53,496 nt of DNA from Candidatus Pollutiaquabacter sp. (GTDB lineage: Bacteria > Bacteroidota > Bacteroidia > AKYH767-A > 2013-40CM-41-45). The notes under the pieces were generated by a model. The model did not search any database and was not told the origin of the DNA. It saw nothing but the letters and a program-made list of their open reading frames with translations. The DNA is taken from NCBI GenBank assembly GCA_903854075.1, contig CAINVI010000254.1:1-53496 (forward strand), given 5' to 3'. The translations under genes were made by a program, and so were the position numbers. Positions 1 to 8,920 of the stretch are shown piece after piece; position 1 is the stretch's first letter, and every line of letters begins with the position of its first letter.

Positions 1-1
1 A

Positions 2-1279
2 CTCTGCTCAGACTATTGTAATAAGCTATTTATCAAGGGTAAAGAGTGGTTTGTGGCCACAAGCCAAGGAATTAGCGTGATTCATTGGCAAACTGATACA
101 TCGTCTAAAATAACCTCTTATTATAAAAATGACGGACTGTTGTCTGATAAGGTAAACGACATTGTTGCTGATGACGAGCGTATTTACATGGCAACATCAC
201 TTGGGTTGTGTATCTTAGATCGTAAAATAGATATTTCAACCTCCAAGCCGCCTTTAATTAGTATAAAATCATTAACAGTTAATGGAGTCACGAAGGAATT
301 TTTGGGCGATGTGATCATTCCCAGTAATGCAAGAAGTATTAAGATTGCTTACGTTGCTCCAACATTTGTTGCGCCGGATAAGATTGCCTATCAATATCGG
401 ATTTCTCTTCAAGCTGCTTGGCAATCTACCGAATTGGATGAATTGGAATTTACTAGCATACCTCCGGGGACTTACATTTTTCAAGTCCGAGCACGAGTTT
501 ATAACTCAAGTTGGTCGAAACCTGTGACGGTTCATTTCCAGGTAATACCACTGTTTTATGAAACGCTTGGTTTCAAAATATTGTTGGGCGGCTTTTTGGT
601 AATTATTGTTTATCTGTCACTTCGCCAACTGACTTCACGTAAACTACGCCGTCAGCTGGAACAGCAACGAATGATTGAAACAGAACGGCGAAGGATAAGC
701 GCCGATGTCCACGATGATTTCGGCGCTGATTTGACGCAGATTGTCTTACTCAGCCGGCTCGCAAAAAAGAGGCCTGAAGAACAGGAAATCATTGATCGAA
801 TTGAAGCTTCTTCCCTGGGTGTCATAACAAAAATGAATGAAATCATCTGGGCACTGAATCCCACTAACGATACAGTGCCGCATTTAGTATCCTATCTTCG
901 CCGACTGGCCAATGAATTCAGTGACACCAATGGCATCTCCATCGATTTCTATACGCTTGGCGAAATGCCGGATATTATGTTGTCAGCTGCGTTTCGCCGG
1001 AATTTATTTTTGATTTTTAAAGAGTCTTTACGTAATATTATAAAACACGCGGAGGCAAAAAAGGTGGAAGTACGAGTGGAATATGACTCTTCCGCGTCCA
1101 CGATTCGAATGAGTATCAAAGATGATGGTAACGGTTTTAATGAGTCGGCTAAGGCGGAATATGGGAACGGGTTACAAAACATGAAAAAGAGGGCTGAAGA
1201 AATAAATGCTAAATTGTCCGTTATAAAAACTACAGGTGGCGGAACGGAAATACAGCTGATGGTCACCTTGCCGAAATAG
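2..1279 (+). CDS. sensor histidine kinase, 5' truncated at the window edge (extracytoplasmic Y_Y_Y-like region, one TM helix, HisKA_3 + HATPase_c)
   Basis: The frame of the listed ORF 53..1279 stays open back to base 2 (LCSDYCNKLFIKGKEWF precedes the listed start), so the N-terminus lies outside the window. A TM segment (ILLGGFLVIIVYLSL) is followed by an H-box ERRRISADVHDDFGADL. The ATPase part has N-box-like NIIKHA and G-box DDGNGF..GNGLQNM. Confidence 0.85.
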   Translation, partial: LCSDYCNKLFIKGKEWFVATSQGISVIHWQTDTSSKITSYYKNDGLLSDKVNDIVADDERIYMATSLGLCILDRKIDISTSKPPLISIKSLTVNGVTKEFLGDVIIPSNARSIKIAYVAPTFVAPDKIAYQYRISLQAAWQSTELDELEFTSIPPGTYIFQVRARVYNSSWSKPVTVHFQVIPLFYETLGFKILLGGFLVIIVYLSLRQLTSRKLRRQLEQQRMIETERRRISADVHDDFGADLTQIVLLSRLAKKRPEEQEIIDRIEASSLGVITKMNEIIWALNPTNDTVPHLVSYLRRLANEFSDTNGISIDFYTLGEMPDIMLSAAFRRNLFLIFKESLRNIIKHAEAKKVEVRVEYDSSASTIRMSIKDDGNGFNESAKAEYGNGLQNMKKRAEEINAKLSVIKTTGGGTEIQLMVTLPK

Positions 1280-1311
1280 TCTAACCTTTTTGTACTCAAT
1301 TTTAAATTGCA

Positions 1312-1959
1312 ATGCAGGCAGAAAAAACAATTACAGTAGCATTTATTGATGATCATCACGGAATACGGGAGGATGTATTACAGCTTCTACATTCCAACCC
1401 GAACATCGACGCCATTGGCTATGAATCTGCGGAAGAGGCGTTGCTTGCCTTTCAGATAAAAATCCCTGATGTGGTACTCATGGACATTAACCTTCCCGGA
1501 TCCGATGGAATTACAACTACGCGAACCATTAAAGAGTATTTTCCGATGGTTCATGTCATGATGTGTACTATCTACGAGGACGATGAAAAAATTTTCAATG
1601 CACTGGCCGCTGGCGCCAGCGGGTACATTCTCAAAAGTTCAGCCGGTAAAGAATTAATGGATGCAATACATGTGATTCTCGAAGGCGGTGCGCCGATGAG
1701 TCCTGCTATTGCACGACGTGTAGTCAATTCTTTTCGACAACCTGTTGCACAACAACAGGTAAGCTCCGTTAGCCTTACGCCGCGTGAAAACGAGATCTTA
1801 GATCTCCTCGCGCAAGGTTATCGCAATAGAGATATTGCCGAGAAGCTTTTTGTAAGTGTTAATACGATACGTACGCACATTTACAACATCTACGAAAAAC
1901 TTCACGTACAGAACCGCATTGAAGCACTCAATAAAACCGGCCGCAATGGCAGGCAATAG
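1312..1959 (+). CDS. response regulator, NarL/LuxR family (REC + LuxR-type HTH)
   Basis: The receiver has the pattern IDDH...DVVLMDINLPG. The C-terminus is LTPRENEILDLLAQGYRNRDIAEKLFVSVNTIRTHIYNIYEKL. It starts 32 nt after the kinase stop, so it is the likely cognate pair. Confidence 0.9.
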   Translation: MQAEKTITVAFIDDHHGIREDVLQLLHSNPNIDAIGYESAEEALLAFQIKIPDVVLMDINLPGSDGITTTRTIKEYFPMVHVMMCTIYEDDEKIFNALAAGASGYILKSSAGKELMDAIHVILEGGAPMSPAIARRVVNSFRQPVAQQQVSSVSLTPRENEILDLLAQGYRNRDIAEKLFVSVNTIRTHIYNIYEKLHVQNRIEALNKTGRNGRQ

Positions 1960-2095
1960 TCGCTAATAATAGGGGTGCAAACTAATACTATCGTCGTATT
2001 GTTAGAACAGGAACGAAACTTCAACTTTGGCGAAGGTTTAAATGATTTTCCACACGAAAGGCAAATCGCAGTTGACCTCTTTCAGTTTTGAACCA

Positions 2096-2129
2096 ACATG
2101 ACCCCGCTGCTCCAAGGGGTCATGTTTTT
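2096..2129 (+). terminator. rho-independent terminator downstream of the response regulator
   Basis: Perfect 10-bp stem acatgacccc/ggggtcatgt (2096-2105 / 2116-2125) with a 10-nt loop, followed by TTTTT. The T-run overlaps the stop codon of the convergent gene. Confidence 0.6.
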
Positions 2130-3333
2130 ATTCCGCCAGTAATTCTTCCACGAACAATTCGAATTCATTTTTATGGATCAAAAAGTCTTCGCCGGTAGCT
2201 GGTCCGGAGAATCCGGTATGGATTTTACGAACATGGCCATGCTTGTCAATAATAAGACTGGTGGGGTATGCCATGATTTTACTGATCATCGGCAACTTTG
2301 CGGAGGCGGTGTCGCGGTTCGAATTTCCACCAAAAACTACGGGGTAATCAATGTAGAGCCGGTCTTTAAACCGATTAATATTGCTCCATACTTTTGCGCT
2401 GTCGGTGGTGCGTTCGAAGTCGATGGCAATAACGCGCACTCCGCGGCCGACATTCGCCTGCAACCATTCGTTGAGGTATATACTTTCATCCAGACAATTC
2501 GGACACCACGTTCCCATTAACTGAACCACTACCACGTTGTTCGCCAACCATGGATCATTCATTGTCCAACGCTTTCCGCTGGCATCCGGAAAATTGAAAT
2601 TGAATTTTTGGGATGTTTCAGTCACGTACGTCAGCGAATGTGGATCGGGAAGACTCGCAGAATCATTGCGGTAGGCGGTCCAGGTATCGTATCCGGTTTT
2701 GCCGGAATAAAAATAGCCGCGCAGCGATCCGTCAGGCTGAATCGTTGCCGTATAACACATGACGAAGGCTCCGTTGAATGTAGAGATCAGCATTTCATTT
2801 CCGCTGATTTCACCGTCGAGATAACGATGATCGCCGGTCACCGTCAATACTGATCCCGTCACCCGATTTCCTGTTTGTGAAAATACTGCCACATTCGAGC
2901 GGTCAAGTCCTTCTTCGTGATCGAAGATTAATTGCCAACGTCCGGTCAAATTCGCAGCAGGAGTTGACGGACGTTGAATGAAACGGTAGCTGAAATCTTT
3001 AACTGCGCGGAAATAAAAAATATTGTTGGAAGTCTTTGCGAGATTCACGTACTCACCGGCAAGGACCATTCCCAAATTTATGAAACGCAGCTCGGCATCG
3101 TAAAACGGAAAGCGCGCAACGATAGAATCGCCGGAGGTACGGATGTCCGTCAACGCAATGCGCTCGGTTGCGTTTTCAATGGTAATCGTCCCTGCGTTGG
3201 TAATCAGGATGAACCCCAGATTGACGGAATCGTTGAGTTGTAGATCAGCGTGCCAGCGTCCGTCTTCCAGTGTGGATTGTCCGGAGACGGTTATGGAATG
3301 CAGTAGTATAAAAACAAATAGGAGTCTTTTCAT
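2128..3333 (-). CDS. secreted TlpA/AhpC-like thioredoxin-fold protein with an uncharacterised N-terminal domain
   Basis: Signal peptide MKRLLFVFILLHSITVSGQ. The C-terminal half carries the redox motif WCPNC in a TlpA-like context (VVVVQLMGTWCPNCLDE). Confidence 0.8.
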   Translation of the reverse strand: MKRLLFVFILLHSITVSGQSTLEDGRWHADLQLNDSVNLGFILITNAGTITIENATERIALTDIRTSGDSIVARFPFYDAELRFINLGMVLAGEYVNLAKTSNNIFYFRAVKDFSYRFIQRPSTPAANLTGRWQLIFDHEEGLDRSNVAVFSQTGNRVTGSVLTVTGDHRYLDGEISGNEMLISTFNGAFVMCYTATIQPDGSLRGYFYSGKTGYDTWTAYRNDSASLPDPHSLTYVTETSQKFNFNFPDASGKRWTMNDPWLANNVVVVQLMGTWCPNCLDESIYLNEWLQANVGRGVRVIAIDFERTTDSAKVWSNINRFKDRLYIDYPVVFGGNSNRDTASAKLPMISKIMAYPTSLIIDKHGHVRKIHTGFSGPATGEDFLIHKNEFELFVEELLAE

Positions 3334-3340
3334 ACGGCTA

Positions 3341-3368
3341 AAATAAAAAAAGCAACCCGAAGGCTGCT
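3341..3368 (-). terminator. rho-independent terminator after the aldehyde dehydrogenase gene
   Basis: On the minus-strand RNA: AGCAGCC-UUCG-GGUUGCU (7-bp stem including one G-U, UUCG tetraloop) followed by UUUUUUAUUU. It lies 26 nt after the ALDH stop. Confidence 0.55.
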
Positions 3369-3393
3369 TTAGTAATCAGAATTATTGACTTGA

Positions 3394-4962
3394 TCAGAAA
3401 TCAAACTTGATTCCCTGTGCCAGTGGTAAGCTGGTGGAGTAGTTGATGGTATTCGTCTGACGGCGCATATACGCTTTCCAAGAGTCCGATCCGGATTCGC
3501 GTCCGCCGCCGGTTTCTTTTTCGCCGCCAAAAGCACCGCCGATTTCTGCACCGCTTGTACCGATGTTGACGTTGGCAATTCCGCAATCGCTGCCTTCGCA
3601 GGAAAGGAACTGCTCCATTTCACGCATGTTGGAGGTGAAGATTGCCGATGAAAGGCCTTGCGGCACGTCGTTCTGTAGTTGAATGGCTTCTTCGACCGTC
3701 TTGTATTTCAACACATACAGGATAGGGGCGAAGGTTTCTTCCTGTACTATCTTGTACGAATTGTCAGCTTCGATGATGCAAGGTTTAACGTAACATCCAC
3801 TTTCAAAAGCAGCGCCGGTCAATACGCCGCCTTCCACAATAATGCGGCCGCCTTCTTTTTTCGCTTGCTCAATGGCATCTAGGTATTGTTGCACGGCTCC
3901 TTTATCGATCAGCGGACCGACGTGGTTGGAAGCGTCCAGCGGATTGCCAATTTTTAATTGCCCGTAGGCGTTCTTCAACACTTGCAAGGTTTTGTCGTAT
4001 ACACTTTCGTGAACGATCAATCGGCGGGTCGTGGTACAACGTTGTCCCGCAGTGCCGACAGCTCCAAATACGGTTCCGACAAGCACCATGTTAAGATCAG
4101 CATGTTCGGAAACGATGATGGCATTATTTCCGCCCAACTCAAGAATTGTTCTTCCGAAACGTTGAGCGACGGTACCGGCTACGCGACGCCCAATACGGGT
4201 TGATCCGGTGAAAGAAATCATCGGAACACGTGGGTCATTATTCATACGATCGCCGACGTGATTGCCTATCAGCAGACAACTTACGCCTTCCGGAACATTG
4301 TTTTCGCGGAATACTGCACTGATGATGTTTTGACAAGCGACAGCGCAAAGCGGAACTTTTGAACTTGGTTTCCAGACGCAAACATCTCCGCAAACCCAGG
4401 CGATGGCGGCATTCCAGCTCCAAACGGCTACCGGAAAATTGAAAGCGGAAATAATACCGACTGTTCCCAGCGGATGCCATTGTTCGTACATGCGATGCTT
4501 GGGACGCTCGCTGTGCATGGTGAGTCCGTAAAGTTGACGGGAAAGTCCGACAGCGAAATCGCAAATGTCAATCATCTCCTGCACTTCACCCAGGCCTTCT
4601 TGTAGACTTTTCCCCATTTCATAGGAGACCAATTTGCCGAGCGGATCTTTGTATTTACGTAAAGCATCACCGACCTGACGAACGATTTCGCCGCGTTTGG
4701 GTGCCGGTAACATTCTCCAGGCCTTGAAAGCATCCTGAGCGGTTTGCATTACGTTTTCATAATCTTCCGGAGTCGATTCGTGTACGGTAGCGATTTGCCG
4801 GCCGTCGACCGGAGAAGTGGATGTAAGTAGATTACCGTTGGAGTTGATCCATTGGGTGCCGGTAGAGGTGCCGGAGTTCACGTCGTTGATGCCTAAGGCG
4901 GCTAGCGCCTCAGCTACGCCGAACGGTAGAGTTTTCACGGAAATGGTGTTCATTGGTGACAT
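3394..4962 (-). CDS. aldehyde dehydrogenase, ALDH7/antiquitin-like (probable piperideine-6-carboxylate / aminoadipate-semialdehyde dehydrogenase)
   Basis: Full-length ALDH architecture with the block LELGGNNAIIV and the catalytic Cys region GTAGQRCTTTRR. The N-terminus and overall blocks resemble the ALDH7 subfamily as I remember it. Confidence 0.85.
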   Translation of the reverse strand: MSPMNTISVKTLPFGVAEALAALGINDVNSGTSTGTQWINSNGNLLTSTSPVDGRQIATVHESTPEDYENVMQTAQDAFKAWRMLPAPKRGEIVRQVGDALRKYKDPLGKLVSYEMGKSLQEGLGEVQEMIDICDFAVGLSRQLYGLTMHSERPKHRMYEQWHPLGTVGIISAFNFPVAVWSWNAAIAWVCGDVCVWKPSSKVPLCAVACQNIISAVFRENNVPEGVSCLLIGNHVGDRMNNDPRVPMISFTGSTRIGRRVAGTVAQRFGRTILELGGNNAIIVSEHADLNMVLVGTVFGAVGTAGQRCTTTRRLIVHESVYDKTLQVLKNAYGQLKIGNPLDASNHVGPLIDKGAVQQYLDAIEQAKKEGGRIIVEGGVLTGAAFESGCYVKPCIIEADNSYKIVQEETFAPILYVLKYKTVEEAIQLQNDVPQGLSSAIFTSNMREMEQFLSCEGSDCGIANVNIGTSGAEIGGAFGGEKETGGGRESGSDSWKAYMRRQTNTINYSTSLPLAQGIKFDF

Positions 4963-5038
4963 GTATTTATTTCGTAAAAATAGTCAAAATAAATGGGTTG
5001 TTGCTTTCCGTGGATTTACTGTAATTTGGTCTGATCAG

Positions 5039-6649
5039 ATGCGCTACGACCGGAACGCCATTTATCAATTTATTTATGTAATCACAGGGGTTGTACTGTG
5101 GCCGTACCTGAATGAGTACGTCAATAATTCCGACTCGTATCAATACATTAATGTAGCCCGGCTGTACGAATCGGGTTATTTGTCGGAAGCAGTAAACGGC
5201 TATTGGAGTCCGCTTATTTCCTGGTTATTGTTGCCGGTTTTAAAAACAGGGTGGTCTGCTATTCATGCATTCAAGATGTTGCAGCTTACCATCGGTCTGC
5301 TCGCATTGCGGTGGAGTATACGACTGGCGGATCAATTTGCTGCTTCGCCCAGGTTTCGTGAACCGTTCAAATGGATCATGATCCCGACGTTACTGGGTTA
5401 TGCTTACTTGTATTTAACGGCCGATCTGTTATTTTTCACGCTACAGTTACGTTTAGTCTTGTTTCTTATTGAGGCTCCGGTCTGGAACAATCGGCGACGA
5501 GCGCTGCAGTTCGGAGTACTTGGCAGTCTACTTTATTTATCCAAAGCCTTCGGCTTCCCTTTATTCATCGCCATGGTGTGCTGCTCGGTTTATTATCATC
5601 GGCAACATGCAACGTTCCGTTGGAAATGGGTAGCAGAAGGTGTTGTTGTTTTCTTAACTATTTCGTCGGCATGGATTTTCGGAATCAGTTTGAAGTATGG
5701 ACACTTTACAGTCAGCGAAGCGGCGGCGTTCAATGCTACCCGTGAAGTAGCGCCACTCCCGGAACAGCTGGTCCGACTTCCTGTATTGTATACCAACGGC
5801 ATTGTACCGCCTGTTGGTTCGCATGCTTTGTCAGCATCGGAAGAGCCGATGCAAGCTATTACTTTAACACCACTTCGCCCATGGTCGGACAAGTCCGATC
5901 GCGATCATCGTTTCGCAGTAATTAAGCGGAACATGCTTTCTATCTGGTATTTCGATTTCCGTCGCCAGCTGGGAATTATTTTCCTGCTGTTTCTACTAGT
6001 GTTATTTATGGCACGGCGTGAGCTTTTACAGGCTGGCGATCCGTTGCTTTTTTATCCAATAGCGCTTCTGCTTTTTACCTATGCCGGCTACGCCATGATT
6101 CTTTATCATGCACGATACTCTTGGATATGTTCAGCGTTGATGATGTTGTTGGTCAGCCGACTGGCCGAACAGCTATCTAAGTCGGAAAAGCGGATAATTC
6201 AAAATGGCGCATGGATGGTATTGGTGATCGGCCTGGTACTTTCTGTTAAACGTCCGATTAAAGAACTCCTCTTTGAAAAAGACAGACAAGTAGCGGGTGC
6301 TGATTTTTTTGCTGCCATAATTTCTCCTCTGAAAACCCTGGAAGCTACGTATGCGCCTGATCGAGAAGTAGCTGCAGCCGCCGAAGATTTGCGCAGGCTG
6401 AATGGATCCTTTGCATCGCGTTTTTCAGATACGCGTGAGCGTCCGCCCTATTATGCATCACTGGCAGTGGCGGAACGTTCCGGACAACGATTCTACGGAC
6501 AATTAGACGATACGAAGCCCGGCGCACTGGACTCACTTCGTCTGTATGGTGTTCGTTATTTTCTTGTATGGAACGCTTCGCCGGATTCTTGCTTCGGAAG
6601 ACCGCCTGTCATGGTGCTAGAAAACGTACGCGTCTTTGATCTTCGCTGA
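5039..6649 (+). CDS. polytopic inner-membrane protein, possibly a GT-C-fold glycosyltransferase (function uncertain)
   Basis: The listed ORF 4817..6649 overlaps the ALDH gene, so the first non-overlapping ATG (5039, MRYDRNAIYQ) is preferred. It has at least 10 hydrophobic segments and a C-terminal soluble region of about 150 aa. The function call rests on architecture only. Confidence 0.65.
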   Translation: MRYDRNAIYQFIYVITGVVLWPYLNEYVNNSDSYQYINVARLYESGYLSEAVNGYWSPLISWLLLPVLKTGWSAIHAFKMLQLTIGLLALRWSIRLADQFAASPRFREPFKWIMIPTLLGYAYLYLTADLLFFTLQLRLVLFLIEAPVWNNRRRALQFGVLGSLLYLSKAFGFPLFIAMVCCSVYYHRQHATFRWKWVAEGVVVFLTISSAWIFGISLKYGHFTVSEAAAFNATREVAPLPEQLVRLPVLYTNGIVPPVGSHALSASEEPMQAITLTPLRPWSDKSDRDHRFAVIKRNMLSIWYFDFRRQLGIIFLLFLLVLFMARRELLQAGDPLLFYPIALLLFTYAGYAMILYHARYSWICSALMMLLVSRLAEQLSKSEKRIIQNGAWMVLVIGLVLSVKRPIKELLFEKDRQVAGADFFAAIISPLKTLEATYAPDREVAAAAEDLRRLNGSFASRFSDTRERPPYYASLAVAERSGQRFYGQLDDTKPGALDSLRLYGVRYFLVWNASPDSCFGRPPVMVLENVRVFDLR

Positions 6650-7396
6650 TCACCTATTATTCAACGAGGTTAAAATATATTCCGTGATGCGCGGGTAGTT
6701 TTCACGCATGATTTCGTTGATGTCGTTTGAATTCGACAGAAAATGCGATACCGCCAAATCTCCGTGAACTTGCTTCCCATCACGATCGAATACAGCATAG
6801 TGAACGCGAACTTCTCGGTCGTAGATTTTAAGAGCAAGATCCATACAGTCTTTGAAGTTTGTTCGGATTTCAAACTGGTTTAATACCACGAACAGGTCCA
6901 CATTGTATTTGCGCGAGAAATCGCCTAATAATTGCTGGTCATAAAACCCAACGTTCATGTAGAGCTTATCGATCGCAAAAGGCTTGCGTGACTTTGGATT
7001 CACAAAGGTTTTCATTTTCAGTAATGAATCCTTTTTTGGATGAGCAACCGGCCAGATAGTATCTTGCTGAAAGTATTCGGCGTGGTAAATCAAACTGTTG
7101 TCGTCATCATCGTCTCCGACATGATCACTTTGCAATAGTTCAGCATCGTAAACCGTCACTATTTTTGATCGCAAACTTTTCAGCAGTCCTTCACGGAATT
7201 CTTTGCGCATTTCATCCAGCTGAATTCCGGAGTAGGTCGAGATATCGAGATCCGCCGGATCCGGCATATGCATTCCCGGTTGGTAAGGAATGATCAGGAT
7301 ACGCGGAGTCGTTGAGCTGTCAGTGGCTTGACGCGCGAAGGTGAATGAAGAGCAAAACGATAAAAATAACAGCAGAAGTGGTTGACGGAATGACAT
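6650..7396 (-). CDS. hypothetical secreted protein (signal peptide, poly-Asp tract)
   Basis: Internal start MSFRQPLLLLFLSFCSSFTFARQ gives a typical signal peptide. It contains a DDDDD tract, and I recognise no family. It lies directly downstream of rseP on the same strand. Confidence 0.6.
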   Translation of the reverse strand: MSFRQPLLLLFLSFCSSFTFARQATDSSTTPRILIIPYQPGMHMPDPADLDISTYSGIQLDEMRKEFREGLLKSLRSKIVTVYDAELLQSDHVGDDDDDNSLIYHAEYFQQDTIWPVAHPKKDSLLKMKTFVNPKSRKPFAIDKLYMNVGFYDQQLLGDFSRKYNVDLFVVLNQFEIRTNFKDCMDLALKIYDREVRVHYAVFDRDGKQVHGDLAVSHFLSNSNDINEIMRENYPRITEYILTSLNNR

Positions 7397-7460
7397 ACGG
7401 CAAGTATCGCACAATCCTTCAACCTCTCGACGCAATAAGCGCCTGAGTAAGCGACAACCG

Positions 7461-8783
7461 TCAGTTGATAAAGTGCTTCCAGATATCGTTACCGACGGTA
7501 TACACCATCAGCGATAACAGAATAATCATACCGACGACTTGCGCTTTTTCAAGGAATTTATCCGGTAGACGCCGACCGGAAACTACTTCTACCAACAGGA
7601 AGAGTACATGTCCGCCGTCCAGCGCAGGTATCGGAAGAATGTTCATGAAGGCAAGTACCATGGATAGCAAACCGGTAATCGCCCAGAAGCGCCGCCAGTC
7701 CCAAACTCCTCCATAAATCGTTGCGATGCCGATTGGCCCCTGAATAGATTCACTGGCTTTCTCCTTGCCACTGAAGATCTGTTTCAGTCCTTTTATATTG
7801 GAGGAAATGGCCTCGAAAGCATCGGAGGATCCGTACGAAAATGCAGTACCAGCAGAATACGGGGTTAGCGCATAATTTCCATAATCACTGTGGTAAGTGA
7901 TTCCGATTATTCCCGAATCGCTGACTACCGGTTGAATCATGAGTGTATCATTGGCACGCACCAATTCCAAGGTGATAGGACGTCCTTTATTTTCACCGAT
8001 GACTTTCCGTGTGCGTTCCATCGAAAAAGTCCGTTCTCCGTTAATGGAAATAATGCGGTCTGATTTTTCTATACCGGCTGCAGCAGCCGGTTTTCCTTCT
8101 ACCACGCTGTCAATAATCAGTCCTGCACGAAAAGGGGCTACGAAATTACCTTTTCCGGTTTCAATCGTTTTCCGATAGAAATTATCCGGCACAACAACTT
8201 CCAGGTTTTTTCCGTTGCGCTCCACCGTAAGTGTAGAACCGAAAATCACCCGCGAGGATAATACATCTTCGAATCGTACTACCGGCTTTCCGTCGATAGC
8301 AACAACCTTATCGCCGGCAGCAAGCCCAACTTCTTGCCCCAGACTGAAGGCATAGATGCCATCGTTGATGGAATCGTTTGACAAGTAGTTTTTATCGTAG
8401 CTGAAAAGAACACCGGTATAAATAGCAACACCAAGAATAACGTTCATCACGACACCGGCAACCATAACAATCAAACGCTGCCATGCCGGTTTGGATCGGA
8501 ATTCCCAAGGTTGCGCCGGCTGCGCCATTTGTTCTTTGTCCATGCTCTCGTCGATCATGCCGGAGATCTTTACGTAGCCGCCCAGCGGCAACCAGCCAAT
8601 ACCGTATTCGGTATCTCCTTTGCGAAAGGAAAAGAACTTGAAGCCCCACGCGTCAAAAAACAGATAAAATTTTTCTACACGAATTCCGAAGGCGCGAGCC
8701 GCCAGGTAATGACCTAATTCGTGAAGTGTTACCAGTATGGAGAGTCCCAGAATCAACTGGGCAGCCATGATAAGTCCTGACAT
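7461..8783 (-). CDS. rseP: RIP (site-2) zinc metalloprotease RseP
   Basis: HELGHY zinc motif in the first TM region, a central PDZ-like region, and a C-terminal NILPIPALDGGH motif. Start chosen at MSGLIMAAQ; the listed ORF extends to 8834. Confidence 0.85.
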   Translation of the reverse strand: MSGLIMAAQLILGLSILVTLHELGHYLAARAFGIRVEKFYLFFDAWGFKFFSFRKGDTEYGIGWLPLGGYVKISGMIDESMDKEQMAQPAQPWEFRSKPAWQRLIVMVAGVVMNVILGVAIYTGVLFSYDKNYLSNDSINDGIYAFSLGQEVGLAAGDKVVAIDGKPVVRFEDVLSSRVIFGSTLTVERNGKNLEVVVPDNFYRKTIETGKGNFVAPFRAGLIIDSVVEGKPAAAAGIEKSDRIISINGERTFSMERTRKVIGENKGRPITLELVRANDTLMIQPVVSDSGIIGITYHSDYGNYALTPYSAGTAFSYGSSDAFEAISSNIKGLKQIFSGKEKASESIQGPIGIATIYGGVWDWRRFWAITGLLSMVLAFMNILPIPALDGGHVLFLLVEVVSGRRLPDKFLEKAQVVGMIILLSLMVYTVGNDIWKHFIN

Positions 8784-8920
8784 AGATGAAATAATTTGAG
8801 CGACATTCGGTGCAAGAAGCGTAATCAGCACCACTGTACGTTCACAAAGATACGAAAAGAGTCCCCCTTTGTTTAGGGTGTTTTCCGCTTAAATGAACAA
8901 TTAACACGATTTAACGAAGG

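Noticed and set aside
2316-2328. T-loop-like GGTTCGAATTT. A similar AGTTCGATTCC lies at 23149-23159. Both are possible tRNA fragments.
   Set aside because: Both lie inside well-supported CDSs. The flanks do not form acceptor, D or anticodon stems, so I see no tRNA in the window.
4817-5038. N-terminal 74 codons of the listed ORF 4817..6649.
   Set aside because: This part overlaps the 5' end of the well-supported ALDH gene on the opposite strand and has no membrane-protein character. The in-frame ATG at 5039 lies in the intergenic gap and starts the hydrophobic protein.
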